From assembly GCF_006345805.1 (NCBI RefSeq), contig NC_043007.1, positions 24,490,001 through 24,554,000 of the forward strand: a DNA stretch of 64,000 nucleotides, written 5' to 3'. This DNA is from Octopus sinensis (taxonomy: Eukaryota). Below, in pieces: positions 1 through 12,380 of this stretch. The first letter of the stretch is position 1; every line of letters begins with the position of its first letter. The position numbers and the translations under genes are program-made. Below the pieces are notes generated by a model that saw nothing but the letters and a program-made list of their open reading frames with translations, did no database searches and had not been told where the DNA came from.

Positions 1-142
1 AAATTCTCCACCTGGAAGGGATGCCGGTTGGTCACAAGATTACTCATTTTTGCCAGTTGAGTGGACTGCAGCAACATGAAATGAAGTGTTTTGCTTAGGA
101 ACACAACACATCACCCAGTTCAGGAATTGAAACCACAATCTT

Positions 143-381
143 ACTATCTATTTCTTTACTGCCCACAAGGGGCTAAACATAGAAGGGACAAACAAGGACA
201 GACAAAGGGATTAAGTCGAACACATCGACCCCAGTGCAAAACTGGTACTTTATTTATCGACCCCGAAAGGATGTAAGGCAAAGTCGACCTCGGTGGAATT
301 TGAACTCAGAATGTAAAGGCAGAAGAAATACGGTTACGCATTTCGCCCGGCGTGCTAACGGTTCTGCCAGCTCGCCACCTT
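143..381 (-). mobile_element. tRNA-derived SINE family B
   Basis: Head GGCGAGCTGGCAGAA..GTTAGC, B-box GAGTTCAAATTCC, core GCCTTTCATCCTTTCGGGGTCGATAAA, tail GTAAAGAAATAG. Confidence 0.9.
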
Positions 382-1717
382 GGAACAATACCAGCATGGA
401 AAACAGAAGTTAAATAATGATGGTGATGATGATGATGATAACAACAATGATGATGATGATGATGATTATGAGCTGGGGAAAAGAAAAATCTGGAATTTTA
501 ATACAAGGGAATAATAAAAAATGTGAAGAAATAGAAGATCTCGAATTTTAATATGGAAACGGATAAAGAAATAAATGAAACTGAGTTTACAAGAAGACAG
601 AAATTCTTCATAAGAATTAGATTTGGATTTTTTTTTTTTTTTTTTTTGGGGTTTTTATCACTTTGGCTGTCTGTTATTCATATTTTAGTCATTATGCATT
701 GAGTGATCGGACAGAATGTAAAGTATTTTTAAAAAATTTATTTGGTTCAATCACTGAACTGTGGCCATGCTACGATACTGCCTTGAAGGGTCTAGCCAAG
801 CCAATCAACACTAATATTTATTTTTAAGACTGGTACTCATTCTATAGGTCTCTTTTACAGAAGTGTTACATTACAGGGATGTAAACAAACTAACACAGGC
901 TGTCAACCAATGATGGGGACAGAAAATACAAACATACACACATATATATACATGTATGATGGGTGTTTATATAGTTTGCATCTACCATATTCACTCACAA
1001 GGCATTGGCCAACCAGGGGCTATAACAGAAAACACTAGCCCAAGGTGCTGCACATAAGGATTGAACCTGAAATTACGTGGTTGCAAAGCAAGCATCTTAA
1101 CCACATAGCCAATGATGATAATGACGCTGATGATGATGATGATAATGATGACGGTGACGATGATGATGACGATGATGACAGCAATGATGATGATCATCAT
1201 TAGTTTGTTTACATCCCTGTAACTTAGCAGTTCAGCAAAAGAGACTGATAGAATAAGTAGCAGACTTAAAAATTAAGTACTAGGGTTGATCTGTCCGACT
1301 AAACCCTTCAAGGTGGTGCCCCAGCATGGCCACAGTCCAATGACTGCAACAAGCAAAAAACGAAAGAAAAGATAAAGAAAGATTACACCTAAATATATGC
1401 AATTTAAAAGTTGAACATTGATACCATTGATACACACAAACACAAGCACAAACACTGCCCCCACCCCATACACACACGGCGTCACACTGTGTCACAGTGA
1501 GGTGTCTGTCTACCTGAGAATTATATTACAGGTGAGAGTGTCAGCGGAATATCTAGCCACTTACACTGTAATGATATATATATAGGTGAGTCTACTTCCT
1601 CAGTACACGTGTATGTGTGTGTGTGTACGCATCTGTGTATATGAAAATAACACGAGTATAAACACACATGTGTATGTATTCTTATATATATATATATATA
1701 TATATAGATATGTACCT

Positions 1718-1804
<87 letters not shown>

Positions 1805-1911
1805 AGGATAAGATTGATATTTGAACACCAATCTTATCAGGTGGCCAGCATGGGAATAAAACCTTTCAAAGGTAGTAATTATTTAAAATTATAATTTAGG
1901 GTATCTAAGAG

Positions 1912-2056
1912 ATACCTCCACGCTGGAAATAGCAGTCAAAACTTGACTCTAAAACCACTTTAAATGTTCATACAGCACCAGGTGCTGTATGAACATTTAA
2001 AGTGGTTTTAGAGTCTTAGAGTCAAGTTTTGACTGCTATTTCCAACGTGGAGGTAT
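1912..2056. repeat. Palindrome with 68-bp arms and 1-nt loop
   Basis: Centre CAGCACC-A-GGTGCTG at 1980; one mismatch plus an 8-bp duplication (TTAGAGTC) in the right arm. Confidence 0.95.
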
Positions 2057-2495
2057 AAATTTTATATATATATATATGTATATGTATATATATATATGAA
2101 TACACATGCATATGTGTGTTATTTTCACATACATACACATGTGTGTGTGTATGTATGCATATATATATATATAAACACATAGATTCATGTATATAAATAC
2201 ATGTACACATGCACACACACACGCATATATGTAGATAGATAGAAAAATAGATAGATAGATAGACAGACAGAGACAGACAGACAGATAGATAGATAGATAG
2301 ATAGATATTACACAGCCACACAGCCTTGTCACATGCAGTGTCAGGCTGATTGTGTCTTGGGGCTAAATTAAAAAGTTCATGTGTATGTGGTTTACTCAAC
2401 CACATACATCCTTGCACTATAATCACAATGAGTAGGTAGCTGTGTTTATCAAAAAACAGGAATGATCATTGTTGAGCGAAAGGAAAAAAGAACGA

Positions 2496-2542
<47 letters not shown>

Positions 2543-2771
2543 AGAGGTAGAGAGATAGCAATAAAGGGAAAGAGAATAGAGAGAGATAGAGAGTGTGTGA
2601 GAGAGACAGAGAGACATGGAGGGAGGGAGAAGTTGGAAAATAGGTGAATATAGATCTAGATGCATTATACAATAGTTCCCTTTCTGGGGACGAGTCTCTT
2701 GTCGTGATAGTAGAAAGCTAGCAGCATTTTCATTTTAAAGATTTGTCATTGCTTCTGTTTGCCTGCCTGGC

Positions 2772-2820
<49 letters not shown>

Positions 2821-3342
2821 TTCTCTTCATTTTTCCGTCATCGCCGAATATGCAACCAACCGTTGCACTTGACGTTGCAAGCAAATTACAACTGTGTCGA
2901 CATAGCAAGCACTTTCAGATCAATATAAAAATCAATACGAACAAATATTATATGAAGGAACTAGTCGAATGCTCTATATTGAGTTTTTGAAAATGCCATC
3001 AAGAGACGAAGACTGGTGGTGAAGGCTAGTGGTGGTGGCAGTGGAGGCAGCAGTAGCAGTGGTGGTGGTGGTATCGGTGGTACTATAGGATTTTTGTTTA
3101 ACCCCAGGTCATCCTTGATCAAGCAAATGTATGATTAAAGACATCCCAGCCATGGCTATCCCTAAACCATATTATAAATTGTGTCATTTCTTTTTTGAAG
3201 ATTTGGATGCTGCTTCTAGCAGGTCAAGCAAACCTACCTGTTAGTACAAAGTCTAGTGGTGGAGAGACTGGTTTTCACAAAGCTGGTGGTGGTAGTCATG
3301 ATGACTGGAGGGGTAAATGTAACACTCATTTAAGATTATTAC

Positions 3343-3382
<40 letters not shown>

Positions 3383-3672
3383 ATTATTATTATTATTAGT
3401 GAGTTCGAATTCCGCCAAGGTCAACTTTGCCTTTCATCCTTTCAGGGTTGATTAAATAAGTACCAGTTACACACTGGGTCAATGTAATTGACTTATCCTC
3501 TCCCCACAAATTTCAGGCCTTGTGCCTAAAATAGAAAGGCTTATTATTATTATCATTATTATTATTATCAATAATATTAACATGCTGACTTGTTGTTCTT
3601 ATATGTACCTGTGGTGTGTGTCACACTTACTTCAAAGGAAGAAGTGAGTGGCAAAGCGGGAGAGACAAGGAC

Positions 3673-3727
<55 letters not shown>

Positions 3728-5664
3728 GAGAGAGAGACAGTGAGTGGCAATGGTGTTCATCTTGTGTTTTTAAATGTTTATCACATTGCAAGAAAAGTAG
3801 ATACATAGATTGAAAGGAAAGTTGATACATTGATACATACACGCATTGTTAAATTAAAAGTGGGAGAGAGGAGGGACACAGAAGAAGTGGGAGAGGCAGT
3901 AGATACATAGATCGAAAGAGAAGTTGATACATAGATACATAGACACATTATTAAATAACTACAGCAAATGTTGGATGTCACTTTCACTTTTCATTACCAC
4001 ATGAGGATAAAATTAACTTGTAAGTGGCTGAGTACACCACAGACATGCATATCATTAATGTAGTTCTCAGGGAGATTCAGCCTCACTCATAATATGACAA
4101 AGCTGGCCCATTTGAATTACGGCTACAACTCATTTTGGTCAGATGAGTAGACGGAAGCAAGATAAACCTTCAAGGGGCTGGAAGAAAATGGGAAAAAGAT
4201 CCTATATAGGGGCAGGAAAATCATTTTAGTTGTTATGGTAACTATGGGTGTTAATCCGGTACTAATAGCGGCATTTGTGGGTCACAAAGATCTGGGGGCT
4301 TGGCCCCCAGATAAACACCAGTGCGTAGGCTGTTGTTATCAAACTGAGCATGAGTTGAGGGCGAATACATGATGGAATAGCAATTATTTTGTCTTAGCTT
4401 TCACTGCTTATACTAAACACATGACATTTTTGCCTTACGATATGGAACATTTCCTTTTCCTTCACTCTATTTAAAAAATGGCACTCCATCGGTTATAACG
4501 TCGAGGTTCCTGTTTATCTGATCAACAGAACAGTCTCCTTCTAAAATTAACGCGCAAGTGGCTGAGTACTCCACAGACATGCATACTATACGGTAGTTCT
4601 CAGGGAGATTCAGCCTCACACAGAATGTGACAAGGCTGGCCCCTTTGAATTACAGCTACGACTCATTTTTGCCAGCTGAGTGGACTGCAGCAAGGTGAAG
4701 TAGAGTATCTTGCTCAAAAACACAGTGCACTGCAGGGAATCGTACTCATGACTTTACGATCATGGGCTACATACCCTTAACCACTGAGCCACACACCTTC
4801 ACTCTCTCAACCAGGGAAGCGAAAGCGACAGAGAAAGGAAAGCATCAGTCATTTACAATGACAATTAGACTGAAATACGATTGATCTTTTCTCGCTTCTT
4901 TACTTTTAAAAATGAAGACAAGGGAATGACATTTAGTAATGAATAGAAAGAAAGTCTTTCAGGTGTTTACATTTTTATTCTGGGAGTTCTAGAATGATGA
5001 GCAGTTAGTTCTCTGTTCCTTCCCCTAACCCCGGTACTTATTCGCCTTCTTTCATAGTTCTTCATGTCTTTTAGTTGGTGAGGAAAGACCATTTTTTTTT
5101 CAGGCACGTTTAATGTTTTCTCTATAAACTACAAACAAGACCCCACTCCCTTCCTTTTTTTTCGTGCAAAAACTAATGAAAATTTCAAAGGGGGTATATC
5201 TTTGAAAAGACCCCACAAAAAATGGGTAACACCCCCTACAAAATGGTTGGGGGAGAAAAGTTGCTAACAGGTGGCTCCACAAAATTCCACTCTATACTTC
5301 AAAGAGTGTCTTCTACTATAGCATCCAAAACATTGTACCCAATCTTCTCATTTCCTTTATTCAATTACCCTCCACTCACCAAATTTATAACCTCAAGTCA
5401 ATGTTATAAATTATCAATATCACTTATAATTCCATTGGTTCACATACTTGGCAATAGCCCCTTATTTGATTTTGCTCCCGTCTGCCTACAACTACATCTC
5501 CCTGTTAATCCCACCAATGTAAACTTCAACTCTAATCCTTTTAACTCACAACCAGCCTTGACCTGACCTTTTCCTGTTAACCTTTAACCTAATCTGATCT
5601 GTAACTCTAACTCAATTAAACCTGGATTTGACCTGAGCCTGCCTACATATGTAATGTACACAGT

Positions 5665-5828
5665 AGGCGTAGGAGTGGCTGTGTGGTAAGTAGCTTGTTT
5701 ACCAACCACATGGTTCCGGGTTCAGTCCCACTGCATTGTATCTTGGGCAAGTGTCTTTTACTATAGCCTCGGGTCAACCAAAGCTTTGTGAGTGGATTTG
5801 GTAGACAGAAACTGGAAGAAGTCTGCCG

Positions 5829-5865
<37 letters not shown>

Positions 5866-6260
5866 TGTACTCTTTCACCACTCTTTTTCTCACTCTTTCT
5901 TCTGTTGGCCTGCTCGCTTAGCCAGCGGGGTGGCGTCATTCGAAGGCTAAAACAATGCGAACGCATTGTGACCAGCGATGTGTAGCAACATCTGATGGTC
6001 TGGTCGGTCACATGATCAGTGATCACGTGATATATATATGTATGTGTTTGTCTGTGTTTGTCCCCCCAACATCGCTTGACAACGGATGCTGGTGTGTTTA
6101 TGTCCCCATAACTTACCAGTTTGGCAAAAGAGACCGATAGAATAAGTACTAGGCATTCAAAGAATAAGTCCTGGGGTCGATTTGCTCGACTAAAGGTGGT
6201 GCTCCAGCATGGCCGCAGTCAAATGACTGAAAAGAGTAAAAGAGTAAAAGAGTAAAGAGT
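5665..6260 (+). mobile_element. tRNA-derived SINE family A, with a family-C-type tail fragment nested in its centre
   Basis: A-box TGGCTGTGTGG, B-box GGTTCAGTCCC, (TAAAAGAG)n tail; 5870-6030 matches 38700-38850. Confidence 0.85.
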
Positions 6261-6946
6261 AACCACAGACTTTCCCTGACCTACTATTCTCAGCCCAACT
6301 TGACCTGATCTGACCTTTAACTAACTCATCTAGCCATTGACCTGCCCTGACCTATTAGTTATCTGTAGCTCAGATAACTCCAGCCTCTCTGATTGACCCT
6401 GATCCAAGCTTTAACTGTCGTCTGGCATCACCTATAATTATAGCTCAGATGACCTCCTTCCCACAAACTCTGACCTGACCTGACATTAACCAACATGCCT
6501 TACTCTTTACTCTTTAACATTTTCTAAAACTGCTTCTATGGTTAGTCCATATTACTCCATAAGAAGCATTAGGCTGGTTTCCTAGCTTCTCTGGCATATA
6601 TATTCCTTCCTGGATGGGAAGCCAGTCCATTGCAGGATTAGTCACTTTTGCCAGCCGAGTGGACTGGAGCAACATGAAATGAAGTGTTTTGCTCAAGAAC
6701 ACAACACATCACCCAGATGAGGAATCGAAACCACAATTTTATGATCAAGAGTCCAACACCCTAACCACCAAGCCATTCACCTCCACAAAATTGTTTTATA
6801 CTAGAATATAACGGAGGGGACATTACAAGTAGGAGGTGACATCTAGCTTAGTGACCACCACTCTGTATAAGAAATAGATACAAAATTATGTAAATGTAAA
6901 TAAAACAAACAAACAAACAAACAAATAAATAAATAAATAGATAGGT

Positions 6947-7340
6947 AGGCGCAGGAGTGGCTGTGTGGTAAGTAGCTTGCTAACCAACCACATGGTTCCG
7001 GGTTCAGTCCCACTGCGTGGAATCTTGGGCAAGTGTCTTCTGCTATAGCCCCGGGCCGACCAATGCCTTGTGAGTGGATTTGGTAGACGGAGACTGAAAG
7101 AAGCCTGTCGTATATATGTATGTGTGTGTGTGTCTGTGTGTCTGTGTTTGTCCCCCTAGCATTTTTTGTCAACCAATGCTGGTGTCTTTACGTCCGCGTC
7201 ACTTAGTGGTTCGGCAAAAGAGACCGATAGAATAAGTACTGGGCTTACAAAGAATAAGTCCCGGGGTTTGATTTGCTCGACTAAAGGCGGTGCTCCAGCA
7301 TGGCCGCAGTCAAATGACTGAAACAAGTAAAAGAGAGTAA
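6947..7340 (+). mobile_element. SINE A
   Basis: Full head, central TA/TG microsatellite, GAAACAAGTAAAAGAG tail. Confidence 0.9.
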
Positions 7341-7610
7341 ATAAATAAATAAAAACAAAAAAAAACCTGTTGAAAATGAAATTAATATATAATGAGTAGG
7401 TCAGAAAATATAACGGTGTGAGTACATGTAGGTTTATGTGAAGGATTGTCTGTATGCAAATATGAAGTGTGTGAGGCGTGTCAATGCAGTGTGTGTGCGT
7501 ATGTGTGTGTTTGTGTGTGTGTGGATCTAGAGTGTGTGTAGTGTTTGTATAGCGTGAGTGTCATGTTTGTATGTATTTGTTAGTCAATATGTTTTGCATT
7601 TACATGGGTC

Positions 7611-7641
<31 letters not shown>

Positions 7642-7739
7642 ATGAGTCTAGTATTTGTGTGTGTCATGTGAGTGTGATTGTGTATCTTGCATGTCACCAC
7701 CAGTATGTTCTTAAAAAAAACAATACTTAATGTACACAA

Positions 7740-7949
7740 ACACACATAAAACATCCACACACACACACACACACACATATATATTATATATATAATATAT
7801 ACATATACATAATATAATATATACACTACATAACTAATATATATATTATAATATATATATATATATATATCTATACACACATATACATATATATATACAC
7901 CACATATCTATATATATATATATATATCTATATATATATATATACACAC

Positions 7950-7986
<37 letters not shown>

Positions 7987-8049
7987 CACATATACATATA
8001 TATATATATACACATATACATATATATATACATATATATACACTTATAC

Positions 8050-8082
<33 letters not shown>

Positions 8083-8141
8083 ATGTATGTATAAACACAT
8101 ATATAAACACATACACACACATAAAATTACATATAATTATA

Positions 8142-8180
<39 letters not shown>
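7740..8180. repeat. Compound (TA)/(CA)/(TG) microsatellite
   Basis: Direct reading of the sequence. Confidence 0.97.
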
Positions 8181-8183
<3 letters not shown>

Positions 8184-8761
8184 TATTACATGTAATCTTG
8201 TACACTGATATACACAGAAAACATAATTACTTAACAAACACATAATATACTTAAACACATGATATACAAACATAGACACACACACACACTTGCATGGGGA
8301 AGATGTAAACCCCTACCTCCCCTCTCACAGCTCCAACACAGACTGCCAAGGAAAGATAACTCCAAATGCGGTGTGAATTAGTAATTAGTATTAATTACTA
8401 CACTGTAATGGATATGAGCACTAATTGCTTCTTAGCATTTATGTTAGGATGTATTTCTGATTTTTCACTGTATGGATGCGAAGAGGTGGGAATGAAGGTG
8501 GGTGGGCAGAAGCAGAGAGACAAACACAGGGGAAAGAAATGGGGGTGGGGGCTGAGAGGATGGGAAGAATGGATATATATATATATAGAGAGAGAGAGAG
8601 AAACAGACAGAGAGAGTGAGAGAGTGAGATGGAGGGAGTGGAAGTGGTAGGGAGGGTGGGGAGGAGAGTGGAATGGAAGTGAAAGTGAAACCAAACCAAG
8701 ATGTAATGGAATAGATGTATAGGGAATATACATAGTTCCTAGGTTAGAGAAGATGCGACAG

Positions 8762-8802
<41 letters not shown>

Positions 8803-9574
8803 TGCATGGATACAGGTATGGCTGTGCCATAAAAGAAAGTTTACTTTGTAATGACATGGTTTCAAATTTGAGCAAATGGTGTTAAGTTGATGGAGAAAGC
8901 TCAAACCTAACTTTGATCAATGGTGGTGTTTAACAGAGTAATATAACTTTTTTAAAGTTATCTCTACAGACTTTGAATAGAAATTAGAGCCAGCGCTGAA
9001 AGTTACAGTGTTTCATATATGAATACATCTATGTAAACAGTGTGGTGAAGGCATATGACTCAGTGGTTAGAGCGTCGAGCTTACGATCGTGAGGTTATGA
9101 GCTTGAATCGCGGATCGGGCTACGTGTTGTGTTCTTGAGCAAGACACTTTATTTCATGTTGCTCCAGTTCACTCAGCTGTAGAAATGAGTTGCTACGTCA
9201 CAGGTGCCAAGCTGTATCGGCCGTTGCCTTTCCCTTGGATGACACTGGTGGCGTGGAGAGGGGAGGCCAGTATGCATGGGCGACTGCTGGTCTTCCATAA
9301 ACCACCTTGCCCAGACTTGTGACTAGGAGGGTAACTTTCTAGGTGCAATCCCATGGTCAGTATCGTGACCTAAGGGGTCTCAGAGTATCTCTCTCACTCA
9401 GAAACAATGTGACTGAAGATGAAAAAATAGGTAATGGGTCTATATGCAGATTTTAGGAGTTCTTGCTGCTTCTTCAGCACCACATCCAATCCATTAACCA
9501 TTGATGAACACATTGATTAAACAGCCAGTGGTTAGAGCGTTGGACTTACGATTGTAAGATTGTGGTAGCAAACT

Positions 9575-9680
9575 ATAATTTGCAGAACTCATGCAGAGAT
9601 GTCTGCATGCGATTGAACATGTAGAACTATATACATGTTCGATCTCATGCGGACGTCTCGTGTATAGTTCTGCATATTAT
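9575..9680. repeat. Degenerate foldback (about 49-bp arms), MITE-like
   Basis: TGCAGAACT...GAACATGTA / TACATGTTC...AGTTCTGCA with an 8-nt loop; several mismatches are CpG-type transitions. Confidence 0.7.
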
Positions 9681-10150
9681 ATTTTGCTGTGATGTTCACG
9701 CTGGTGAGTTACGGACATCTACGTAAGTAATTACATAAGTGGTAATAATGAAACCAGGTTTGTGATTAATCTCTATATTTTGTATCTTTTCATTTGTCTT
9801 GCTCGCTTACGTTCTGGCGTTTCCTTAAATCCTTAAAAATGTTTTAGCCCGAAGGCCACGGCCATGCTGGGGCACCACCGCTGGGGCACCACCGTTTGCT
9901 AAATTTTCTTGAGAACATTCCTTTCTTAGTGGTAAGACCATACGGGGTGGGTTCTACTTCTAGCATAATGGATGTTCACTTAGTGGTCATCCCTCTTATA
10001 TGTATGTAATATAATTTTTCTGAATCTTCAGATTTTTCAATATCCTAAACCACTGCTTTTAAATTGATATTAATCAAATTAATATTCAATTTTTCCCCCT
10101 TATTATTTTAAATTTAAATTTACATATATATATATATATAATATATATAT

Positions 10151-10365
10151 ATATATTTAGAATAATAACTAGTCAGAAGGTAGAAGGTTTATATATTATA
10201 TTTTTTATTCATTTACATCCCATTTACATTTTTAGCACTTTCTTCTGTTATCGGATTAAATCCGATAACAGAAGAAGTGCTAAAAATGTAAATAGGATGT
10301 AAATAAATAAAAAATATATATATAATCATCCTACATTCTGACTAGTTTATTATTCTAAATATATA
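10151..10365. repeat. Imperfect palindrome, about 107-bp arms, 1-nt loop
   Basis: Centre ATCGGATT-A-AATCCGAT at 10258; the arms pair to the (TA)n flanks with scattered mismatches and indels. Confidence 0.9.
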
Positions 10366-10415
10366 TCTGTACATCACTTAAAAAACTCTCTCACTCTCTC
10401 TGTATATATATATAT

Positions 10416-10820
10416 AGGCGCAGGAGTGGCTGTGTGGTAGCTTGCTAACCAACCACATGGTTCCGGGTTCAGTCCCACTGCGTGGCATCTTGGACAAGTG
10501 TCTTCTGCTATAGCCCCGGGCCGACCAATGCTTTGTGAGTGGATTTGGTAGACGGAAACTGAAAGAAGCCTGTCGTATATATGTATATATATATATATGT
10601 GTATGTGTGTTTGTGTGTGTGTGTTTGTCCCCCTAGTATTGCTTGACAACCAATGCTGGTGTGTTTACGTCCCCGTCACTTAGCGGTTCGGCAAAAGAGA
10701 CTGATAGAATAAGTACTGGGCTTACAAAGAATAAGTCCTGGGGTAGATTTGCTCGACTAAAGGCGGTGCTCCAGCATGGCTGCAGTCAAATGACTGAAAC
10801 AAGTAAAAGAGTAAAGAGTA
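10416..10820 (+). mobile_element. SINE A
   Basis: Full-length match to other A copies. Confidence 0.9.
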
Positions 10821-10824
10821 TATA

Positions 10825-10866
<42 letters not shown>

Positions 10867-10869
<3 letters not shown>

Positions 10870-10995
10870 GGTGATTCAAAAGTCGCCATACATAAGAACA
10901 ATTTATTTTTTTATAAGAAGCATTTTTTTTTATTTAACTGTTTCTTATAAAAAAAATAATTTTTTCCTCTGTATGGTGACTTTTGAATCACCCCA
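10867..10995. mobile_element. Tc1/mariner-type MITE (129 bp)
   Basis: 26-bp TIRs CAGGGTGATTCAAAAGTCGCCATACA / TGTATGGTGACTTTTGAATCACCCCA, flanked by TA. Confidence 0.8.
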
Positions 10996-11059
10996 TATAT
11001 AGTGGTTAGGATTCCTGGCTTTCACCCAGATAGCCTGGGTTTGGTTCCCAGCATGGGAA
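10991..11059 (+). pseudogene. tRNA-Glu(TTC) pseudogene
   Basis: AGTGGTTAGGATTCCTGGCT-TTC-ACCCAG...GCATGGGAA matches metazoan tRNA-Glu(TTC). The T-arm is decayed (GGGTTTGGTTCCC) and 5' D-stem bases are missing. Confidence 0.75.
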
Positions 11060-11081
11060 TTTGTTATATATATATATATAT

Positions 11082-11471
11082 ACTCTCTTTTTACTCTTTT
11101 ACTTGTTTCAGTCATTTGACTGTGGCCATGCTGGAGCACCGCCTTAAGTCGAGCAAAACGACCCCGGGACTTATTCTTTGTAAGACCAGTACTTATCCTA
11201 TTGGTCTCTTTTGCCGAACCGCTAAGTGACGGGGACGTAAACACACCAGCATCGGTTGTCAAGCAATGCTAGGGGGACAAACACAGACACGCAAACATAC
11301 ACACAAATACATATATATATACATATATACGACAGGCTTCTTTCAGTTTCCATCTACCAAATCCACTCACAAGGCATTGGTCGGCCTGAGGCTATAGCAG
11401 AAGACACTTGCCCAAGGTGCCATGCAGTGGGACTGAACCCGGACCATGTGGTTGGTAAGCAAGCTACTTAC

Positions 11472-11475
<4 letters not shown>
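11082..11475 (-). mobile_element. SINE A (inverted partner of 10416-10820)
   Basis: Reverse complement of the A consensus; the head is slightly truncated. Confidence 0.9.
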
Positions 11476-11511
<36 letters not shown>

Positions 11512-11904
11512 TTTTTATTTTGTGTGTGTGTGTGTGTGTATGTGTCAGTGTTTGTCTACTCGCCATCACTTATCAACTAATGCTGGCATGTTTATGTCAT
11601 CATAACTTAGTGGTTCAGCAAAAGAGACCACTAGAATAAGTACAAGGCGTACAAAGAATAAGTCCTGGGGGTGATTTGTTCGACTAAAACCCTTCAAGCC
11701 AGTGTCACAATCTAATGACTGAATATATATATATACAATGGGCCTCTTTCTGTTTCTATCAACCGAATCTACTCACAAGTCTTTGGTCAGACCAAAGCTA
11801 CAGTAGAAGACACTTTCCCAAGGTTATGGGACTGATCCCAAAGCCATATGGTCAGGAAGCAAACCTCCTCAACCACATAGCCATGTCAATTACTGCTCTG
11901 CAGA

Positions 11905-12380
11905 AACATTAGCAAACCGGGCAAAATGCCTAGTGGTATTTCGTCTGCTGTTACGTTCTGAGTTCAAATTCCGCTGTGGTCGACTTTGCCTTTCATCCTT
12001 TCGGGGTTGATTAAATAAGTACCAGTTACGCACAGGGGTTGATATAATCGACTTAATCCATTTGTCTGTCCTGTTTGTCCCCTCTGTGTGTAGCCCCCTG
12101 TGGGTTACAGCCCTTGTGGGTTAAAGAAATAGGTATTTCGGCTGCCATTACGTTCTGAGTTCAAATTCCACAGAGGTCGACTTTGCCTCTCATCCTTTCG
12201 GGGTTGATTAAATAAGTACCAGTAAATCACTGGGATCGATATAATCGACTTAATCCCCTTGTCTGTCCTTGTTTGTCCCCTCTGTGTTTAGCCACTTGTG
12301 GGTAGTAAAGAAATAGGTATTTCGTCTGCCATTACATTCTGAGTCCCCTCTATGTTTAGCCCCCTGTGGGCAATAAAGAA
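11905..12380 (+). mobile_element. SINE B with tandemly repeated body
   Basis: The body restarts at GTATTTCG at about 11936, 12133 and 12317. Confidence 0.85.
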
